DNA of 64,000 bases from the human T2T-CHM13v2.0 reference genome, Homo sapiens, in assembly GCF_009914755.1 (NCBI RefSeq), contig NC_060943.1; one strand, given 5' to 3'. Shown here piece by piece: positions 53,901 through 64,000 of this stretch. The number at the start of each line of letters is the position of its first letter. The stretch's first letter is position 1. The position numbers and the translations under genes were made by a program. The notes under the pieces are model-generated. The model had not been told where the DNA came from, made no database searches, and worked only from the letters and a program-made list of their open reading frames with translations.

Positions 53901-55684
53901 ATCCCCTTTTTGCTGTATGAACAACAGTCTCAGTGGTTAGCAGCACAAGGTAGAGCCCTTCCCAGGCTGGCTCAAGTTTTTCTTCTTTCCACCCTTTGAT
54001 AAGAACATGATCTTCAGGCTGGAGCTGGTTTACCAAAAATTCTAGGGGTGGTACATGTGCTAAACCAAGTATATAATTTTTAAGAAACTGACCTTTTGTT
54101 TTAAATGTGAGGACATCAGCAGTGGATTTTATAGTCCTTGGTGCCTTTTTACTGAGAAATTTCCTTTAGCGCCTATTTTTATTAGTTTTTAGACCAAAGA
54201 AAGCCAAACACCATTTTATATTTGACAATGCTTCTTGTATGATTTTTATACCAGATAAGCTAAATTTCACATTTATATTCGTGTGTTATTAATGTTAAAC
54301 TTAGTTTTAATAAAACTTTGTAGACATATTTATCCAATTTTTAATTTCTGACCATAAGGTAAGATTTTTATAGACTCTTTTTAACCTTTTATAATTTTTG
54401 TTAAACAGCAGATTAGTGCTTTAAGAAAAACCTGTTGTGTTTTTATTTTAATGTTCCGTTCACAGAAAAACTGGATGATACCCTTTTAACTTTAGCCAAT
54501 ATGTTTACACACAGAATTTCCTTTACAATTAACATTTTAAAACCTGCTTAAACCTTCAAAACAAATTTTTTTAACCTTTTCATGTAGGTAAAAATCCACA
54601 TTCTTATGCCTCCTTATAATCCTTTTACCAGAGGTGTATTTTACTTTCCTTATACACCTTGCACATAAACTGTATTTTTCAATAGTTTTACATTCAGGAG
54701 GCCTAGTTACTTTTAAATTATACATTTATTGCATAAATTCTTTTTTTAAAACATTTTTTTCACAACTTTCACAGACAATTCTTTGACATGTCTCAACTTT
54801 CTGACTTATTACAAACATTTCTTTCTTTAAGCAACCAGTTCATTTATTTCAGGACAAGAATTTACCATATAACATTCTTTTTACAAAAATTCTGCTGCCT
54901 ATTTTTTTTCCCTTTTTGTTTTTTCTAAGATAACCATTCTTTTCCAAAGCGAACTTCCTTTATGTCTGTGGACTAGACTAAGGCCACAAGATTAGAAGTT
55001 ACTATAATACATGTTACACTGTTAACTTTTAGCAAAGTTTACTTTTGTTGAAAACCTTGTAAGTTTGGGATTTCCATTATCCTTTGCTATTAATAAGACC
55101 TTGTTTAGTCCAAATTAACTTAGAATTGGTATAGATGGCTGTTTTTGTTTGTTTACCCAGGAGGAACCATCTATCAACCTGTCCTGAAGGGAGTTCCTCC
55201 TAGGTCTGGTCGGACCTTTGTATGGTAATTAAGATTTAGATCCCCCATTAGGGGATTTTCAGTGGTTAATGTTGTCATCTTTTTTTTTTTTTTTAACAGA
55301 ATAGCCCTATACTTTAAGATTTTTAAGTTAGTAAGCTACCTTCTTGCTTTTTTTTTTTTTCCTTAGGGTACTTCTGAACCAGTGGGGAGTGCTCACAATG
55401 AGGTTTTCTCTAAAAGTTATTTTTCTACTTTCTTCTGTTAGCAAAGCAGTTGCCACTACAGATTAAATGCATGTAGGCCATCTGCAGATTACTAGGTTAA
55501 GGATTTTTGATAGGAAGGCTACAGCTTGTCAGTGGCCTCAGTGCTTTCAGGCTATGCCCTTGTTTACAGTCACAACAAGGTGGTATTGGAGAGTTGTAGG
55601 GTCATGGAGAAGACCTTCAATTATCAATTATAGGTTTTAAATTTATCCTGGAATAGAGTACACTTTTTTTCTTAACTACTTGTA

Positions 55685-55865
55685 TATCTCTCTTTCTCTC
55701 TTTGATTTTCTCTCTCTTTGACTTTCCTTTCACCTCTGTCTCTTTCTCTCTGCCTCTCTTTTTTTCTCTCTCTCCTTGACTCCAACTTTGTCTCTCTGTC
55801 TCTTCCTCTCTCTCTTTGCCTCTTTTCCTCTCTGTCTCTTTTTTTTCTCTCTCTCTCTCTCTCTG
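55685..55865. repeat. (CT)-rich low-complexity tract within the ERV
   Basis: Pyrimidine-rich ctct repeats. Confidence 0.85.
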
Positions 55866-55909
55866 CTGGTCTTTCCTTGCCTCTGCCAGCCGCTTATGCT
55901 GCTGTTCTC

Positions 55910-56170
55910 TCAACCACTGTGGGAGGGGTGGGGGGAGTCTAAAACCAGCTGTGACGAAGTGTCTATGTATGGGAACTGGTCTCGGTGACCTGGCTGACAG
56001 GTTACCTTGTGACATACCTCTGAAACAAGGGACCTCTCAAGGCTTCCTTCTGATGGCCAACCCACCTCTAATGCTGGCCAGTCTAAGTTACACAAAGTTT
56101 TAAGTTTTCCTGGTGTCATAGTATTCCATAGTCTCCTTTAAATCCTTTCTTGAAATTTTTCAACATAATT
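55910..56170 (-). pseudogene. gag matrix remnant (HERV-E-like)
   Basis: MTPGKLKTLCNLDWPALEVGWPSEGSL...GHRDQFPYIDT, gammaretroviral MA motifs (W P..VGWP.EGS, GHPDQ.PYI). Confidence 0.85.
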
Positions 56171-56728
56171 CCTAGTGGGGTGGGCTTACTTTGTGCCTGA
56201 TCCATGCTTCCTTGAGACAAAACACCTGCTCACACCACACACACACCACAAAACAAGAACAGGTAAAAAGGGCACACACACACTTTTACAGTTTACACCA
56301 AACCAGAATCAAAACCAAAATCAGAGTATCAGGAAATCCAATCCAGGTCAAAACCAAAACCAAAGTATCAAGCAATCCAAGTCAAGTCAAAAACAAAAAC
56401 CAAAGTGCTGGTACAGGCACACCATGGGTGATCAGGCCATGCTTCCACTCAAATGGAGTGGGCAAGTTCCAAAGACCAGTCTTACCAAATTTCATATGTC
56501 CAGACTCCAAGTGCCAATTCCTTCCTGGTGTTCAGCCACTGTGTTGATCCTCCGTGAGGGCCTGCCACATGCTTCTCTAGTAAGATGTCCCACCGGGGCA
56601 ATTGCCTACCTGGGAGCACTCTTTGGATCTGCGTCACTCAGGCTGATTGGAGTCCCCCACAGGGATGCTCCACAGGGCAGGCCTCAGTCACCTAAGGGGC
56701 TGCCTCGACAGTCCACCAATCACCTCAC

Positions 56729-56746
56729 TTCCTGGTCAGAGAACCA
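56729..56746 (-). promoter_or_regulatory. Primer-binding site for tRNA-Glu
   Basis: Minus strand tggttctctgaccaggaa, 16/18 match to TGGTTCCCTGACCGGGAA, 5 nt inside the 5' LTR boundary. Confidence 0.85.
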
Positions 56747-56751
56747 AGAAA

Positions 56752-57221
56752 TGTAGCAGGATGAGCCACAGAAAAGAACCCCTCAGACACTGAGTTGTGG
56801 AAGGAAAGGGCTTTACTTTATTCAGCTGGGAGCATCGGTGGACTCATATCTCCAAAAACCGAGCTCCCCGAGTGAGCAATTACTGTCCCTTTTAAGGGCT
56901 TACAGCTCTAAGGGGGTCCAGGTGAGAGGGTCGTGATTGATTGAGCAAGCAGGGGGTATGTGACTGAGGGCTGCATGCACTGGTAATCAGAACAACAGAA
57001 CAGGACAGGGATTTTCACAGTGCTTTTCCATACAATGTCTGGAATCTATAGATAACATAATCGATTAGGTCAGGGGCCGATCTTTAACTACCAGGTCCAG
57101 GGCACAGTGCCGGGCTGTCTGCCTGTGGATTTCATTTCTTCCTTTTAGTTTTTATTTCTTCTTCTATCTTTGGAGGCAGAAATTGGGCATAAGACAATAT
57201 GAGGGGTGGTCTCCTCCCTTA
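56752..57221 (-). mobile_element. 5' LTR (LTR2B/2C-like)
   Basis: Direct repeat of 49827-50290; about 44 substitutions plus 3 small indels by manual count (about 9-10%). Confidence 0.92.
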
Positions 57222-57225
57222 AAAC

Positions 57226-57460
57226 CAAAGGCAGATGCTAAAGCAGTGCAAAACTGTTCATGTCACAATGGAAACGGAGTTGATGAAGGAGTCTGGGAAA
57301 CGAATCTTAGTCACAGCAAGAAAGGACATAAGTGAACATGGCAAGGTGCTGACAATTCTGGTCTACTGGATCCCACCATCCCTAGGACAGTCACCACCCA
57401 GCAAGCTACAACTGCATCATTTCCTGTTTGTTCCAAAATGAATAAAGGTGATTCTTATCA
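57226..57460 (+). pseudogene. MTDH processed pseudogene, continuation after the provirus
   Basis: caaaggcagatgctaaagcagtgcaaaac...gttgatgaaggagtctgggaaac...aaggtgctgac...acaactgcatcatttcctgtttgttccaaaatgaataaaggtgattct follows MTDH CDS (KSDAKAVQN..VDEGAWET..TTASFPVGSKKNKGDS) with no introns. Confidence 0.85.
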
Positions 57461-57480
57461 CAAGGGCAAATAAAAAGTCA

Positions 57481-57776
57481 TTTTTTTTTTTTTTGAGATG
57501 GAGTCTCTCTCAGTCACCCAGGCTAGAGAACAGTGGTGCAATGTTGGCTCACTGCAAGCTCTGCCTCCTGGGTTCACACCATTCTCGTGCCTCAGCCTCC
57601 TGAGTAGCTGGGATTACAGGCATCTGCCACCACGTCCAGCTAATCTTTTTGTATTTTTAGTAGAGATGGGGTTTCACTGTGTTAGCCAGGATGGTCTTGA
57701 TCTCCTGACCTCGTGATCCACCCACCTTGGCCTTCCAAAGTGCTGGGATTACAGGTATGAGCCACCGTGCCCAGCC
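57481..57776 (-). mobile_element. Alu (AluY/Sc-like)
   Basis: Full antisense dimer; TSD aaaagtcattttt. Confidence 0.95.
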
Positions 57777-58488
57777 AAAAGTCATTTTTTAAAACTAAAC
57801 TGTCATGGTTTTGTTTACTTTTTGAAAGTTCTTATAATTTTGAAAGTTCAGTTGACACTTGTATGATTTAGGAAGTTTTCAATAGTCTTACAGTACTTGA
57901 ATTGTTCAAAGTACAGTATATTTTAAATTAAGAAGAGTAAACTGTATGTGTTATACATATTTAAGGCTCAGACTCACAAATAATGCTCCTGTTTATGATT
58001 TGAAAACTTTGAAGTTTGGTTTTCCATCTGTACATACACAGAACAGTGTAGCGTGCAAAAACATTTGTTCTTTAAAGAGGCAGCCACACTTTTTGTCTGT
58101 CTGGATATATTTTGGACTTTGTATATTAAATGTAACATAAAACCGTTCATTTTGTTTTAGAAAATCTAAGATTGATGTACACAAACTTTAGAAATTACTG
58201 TAGCATTCAGCAAACCATGTATATAATGTGAAACTAATATATCTATTTTTGATGTCTAAATCTTTTTGTAGAAAAAATTGGTTTCTTTAAAAATGTCTCC
58301 ACAAACTCAGGCTTATTTTATAAAATGGCAAAATAGTAAAGAAATGGGTGGTTTGGCATACTATATGAATACTGGCACTCAATTAAAATACAGAATATTT
58401 TTATCAAAATTATTTAGAAAGTAGATTTAAATAATTTGGTTTTTCACTTCAGTGATAGACATTCACAAACATTTAAAAAATCAAATCT

Positions 58489-58776
<288 letters not shown>

Positions 58777-58867
58777 CCCCGCAAATCTATTAGTATTAGG
58801 TTTGATTTAGTGTTGATATATACATAAGATCAAAAATCTGTTAAAAATAAATATTTTTCATCGCTAA

Positions 58868-59190
<323 letters not shown>

Positions 59191-59360
59191 TAATTTGGTG
59201 TTTTTAAATACCCAGATGTCCCATTTTAATCAGATTAAGTCTGGGGAAAGTTGACTAATCTTATTTAATTTTTTGTACAGTATGTTCAAAATGTTCTGGT
59301 TTAACCTAATAGCAATTAATGATGAGTAAACAATTTTTCTTTCAAATCTCAGGCCTGTTA

Positions 59361-59693
<333 letters not shown>

Positions 59694-60358
59694 GTCTTTA
59701 ATGTTGTTTAAAGGGACTTAGGTCTACTCTAATCTTCTCAACCTGTTAATCAGTGTCAGGTGCCAAATTCCAATTTATTTTCAGGGTGCCTGAATGACTT
59801 TTCTTTGCATAGTCTTTGAATTAAATTTCCATTAATAAGGACAGATTTCAGTACATTTAACCAGTTGCTTTTAGTACCTCCAAAGGTAGTATACAAAGAA
59901 TTCTCATGTTATTTTCTAAGAAAACAGATTCTACTGTTACCTGAGAAATCAACTGGAAGGCATTTTTATAACCTTGCACCACATAAAAAAATGCAATGTA
60001 GTACTAATAAATGCAGGCTACATCACACAAAAAATGGTAATCAAGAATACCACTTTCAATATTTAAATATTTGAAATTTTGGTAAAAAGTGTGGTAAAGT
60101 ATAACTTTTAGTAAGCTTTGTGCAGCTAAACATCAGCATAAAGTAGGAAAAGATCTTTAAAAATGAAAACAAATGAAAACCGACACCAAAAAAACTAACA
60201 TCCACCATTGCATACATATTGATCTCTGTTTCAAAAAAGTCTGAAGCAGAACGTTTGGTGAACTTCATGCAGTTATTTTCACTACACTGGAATACTGATA
60301 AAATCATTTATATTTAATTTGAGTAAAGCATGTTCACATCTTAAAAACACTGCTTTGT

Positions 60359-60966
<608 letters not shown>

Positions 60967-62511
60967 ATAAAGTCTTTATACTCAAGAGAATCCTGATTCT
61001 CAACTCAACATATATGGGCAACCCTTTCCTCTGGTGTCTTTAAACGGAAGCCTCATTAAGGCTCAAATATGGAGTGAAAGGGACTCAATAACAGCATTTG
61101 AAGCAAAAAGGATGAGGTAGGATGGTCAGCTCTGAGGCTCAGGGATTGCCTGGGGGACTCCAGTATGATGTAACTATGAAGCTTACTGCATACAAGTAAA
61201 CATTAACAGCCGAAAACACCATGGCTTGAAATTGGTGAGATAGAATCTCTGAAATCATAAACAGTTGCACCAAAAAGATTGACCCAGAGTGACAAGTAAC
61301 TAAGGATTACTAAGGGGGAGTGTTTACAAGCACGTAAGTTTTTGTTCCAAATCTTATTACAGTAGCAATATGCTTTTCTGTAATGTCAGCTTCCCCAAGC
61401 TACAGATGCTATAGACAAACTACAAGTGCCTAATATGTTGTTTGCAGTCAGTGTCTTAATTTAGAAAACTTTCAATAATTTCATGAATTTCATTGAAATC
61501 TGTTTCATGTATAAATCTCACTGAAAGGCATTATTCAGTAGCTATTTCCCTCAGTATTTTGGGGAATTTTCTATTGCTTGATTTCAAACCAACTTTACTT
61601 GAATCCTAGTCATTTCTAAAGCCCCAGATGTAATAGCAGAAAGACAGCAGAAATGATGCCAAGTTACTCCAAACAGTTCACGTCTAATATATTTGGTTCC
61701 CCAAATGAACCAGAAACCACACAAGCTAAACAACAGTGTATTTGAAATTCAACCTAAATTCAACAGTAACAGTCAAAACCCTATGCAAATATCAGCACAG
61801 TCACAATGTAGAAACCCTTAGTCTTTTATTCCAGAGAAAATAAAAAAATTCTTACTTTGGCATTTTCTGGAAAGGATAAATACATTAAACATGACAAAAT
61901 ATACCAACTCACATAATATATTTGAAATGTGAATATTTATTCTTAAATATTTACTGTAATATTTAAACAAGACTTTCAGTGAAAAATACAGCTACCATGT
62001 GTTAAAACAGCCCTGAGTGAGATAGTATTTTTTATTAATAATGAAGATTGAAGCTTCAGAAATGCAAAATAAATAATCCTGGGCACACAGCTAGAGGAAG
62101 GTAACTTAAAGTATTTGAAAGATGTTCTCTAAGACTCTAAAATTATTTTGTTTTAGCTTATATAAAAAATGATTAAGCATTTTTAATTTTCAAAAAATGT
62201 AAGTGCATTCTGTCAGGTTTTTCTGAAGAATTTAAATAGAATAGAGTAAAATTATACTTATCAAAAGGTAAACTTTTCTATTAATAGAGCAGTTTAATTT
62301 TCACACCCTGAGTAAAATCTTACAAAATTTATTGCAATTTAATCAGAAACTTCTTTCTCACACTGGGAGAGATGACACAAAGATGCAGCTTTCATGTTGG
62401 GTGAGAGAAGAAATGATCACCGGAGGTAGATAATTGTTGTTTCACTAATCAATGTTGATTTTTATTGCTATTTTGTCTCAAATTATGTTAATAATGAAGT
62501 AATGGCCTTGA

Positions 62512-62817
<306 letters not shown>

Positions 62818-62984
62818 CCCAAGAACTTTTTTAACAATTTATTTTTAAAATTAGCCAAAATATTATCCATAAGGCAGAAAAATGAAGATATTAACAGTCA
62901 TAATTTGTATTTTAAATTAAAATACTTTTAGAAATAAAAAAGAAAAAATATATAAAAACAAATGAAAGAGAAGGAAGTAGGTTA

Positions 62985-63202
62985 CTCACAATAGCTAAGA
63001 TAGAGAATCAACCTAAGTGTCCATCAACAGGTGAATGGATGAAGAAAATTTCGTGTATTTACACAATGGACTGCTATTCAGCCCTTAAAAATAAAGAAAT
63101 CTTGTTATTTGCAACAACGTTGATGAATCTGGAGGACATTAGGCTAAGTAAAAAGAGCCGGCACAAAGAAAAAAGGGAAACAAAAACATACCACATGATC
63201 TC
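62985..63202 (+). mobile_element. Old L1M fragment (ORF2 C-terminus)
   Basis: tcacaatagctaagatagagaatcaacctaagtgtccatcaacaggtgaatggatgaagaaaat; peptide YTMDCYSALKNKEILLFATTLMNLEDI. Confidence 0.8.
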
Positions 63203-63618
63203 GTTTTTTTTTTCTCAAAAAAGTTTCAATTTTATTTAGCTTTGTGACTTTGTACTTGTGCCTTCAACACTTTCACAACGATTTTCTGCTCCCCGATAAG
63301 GAAAGCACGCTTGATCCTGCCACGAACACATTTAGCACACATGGAACCACCATAGGCCCTGCTGACATGTTTCTTTCTTTTTGACAATTTCATAAGAACT
63401 TTAGGTCTTACAGCACGAACCCCTCGAAGTCTTCCTGGGCACATGCCACTTGCAGATCTTGGTGCTTTCCCAACCTTCTTGGTATAAAGGTAAACAATTC
63501 TATTACCAGGGGTTCGGGGCAGTCTAGTTTTGTTGGACGCTGTATTGTAGGAAAGCCTACATTGGTATGTCAAACGCTGGACCATTCTGAGTGCCTACAG
63601 ACAACGTCACTGGAAGAG
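63203..63618 (-). pseudogene. RPL34 processed pseudogene, full length; open 117-codon frame at 63232-63585
   Basis: Translation [52 protein letters not shown] is RPL34; no introns, 5' TOP-like leader ctcttcc, poly-A remnant, 12-bp TSD ccacatgatctc at 63191-63202 / 63619-63630. Confidence 0.95.
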
Positions 63619-63663
63619 CCACATGATCTCATTTCTCTGTAAAGTAGAAAAAAATTCTAATTC

Positions 63664-64000
<337 letters not shown>

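Noticed and set aside
55617-56756. 132-aa ER-rich and 193-aa QN-rich ORFs
   Set aside because: Low-complexity (GA)n tract and antisense reading of the ERV leader; no domain evidence

Overview
Primate (almost certainly human) genomic DNA with the hallmarks of the chr19p12 ZNF91-family KRAB zinc-finger cluster. Left to right: (1) a TE-rich intron (Alus, antisense L1PB1, old L1M); (2) the terminal zinc-finger exon of a KRAB-ZNF gene that I recognise as ZNF729 (acceptor AG at 8303-8304, stop 11808-11810, 37 finger units of which 34 are canonical C2H2), followed by about 1.6 kb of dead fingers in the 3' UTR interrupted by an L1PA6 3' end; (3) L1MA, a full-length SVA nested in an Alu, and a MER4-type LTR; (4) a roughly 29 kb complex beta-satellite array (about 17.8-46.95 kb) with a three-tier hierarchy (37-bp and 71-75-bp monomers, a 370-bp unit, 2-3.5 kb modules) arranged as three blocks with the middle one inverted, and a near mirror-symmetric junction at about 36.0 kb; (5) an old MTDH (metadherin) processed pseudogene split by a 7.4 kb two-LTR LTR2/Harlequin (HERV-E/HERV-I mosaic) provirus; (6) an Alu-dense stretch and a full-length RPL34 retrocopy with an open 117-codon frame. 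Identifications come from recall of consensus/mRNA sequences and by-eye alignment; no database search was run, and repeat subfamily calls and some boundaries are approximate. I see no evidence for a new protein-coding system; the most unusual signals are structural (satellite architecture, finger-array evolution, nested insertions).
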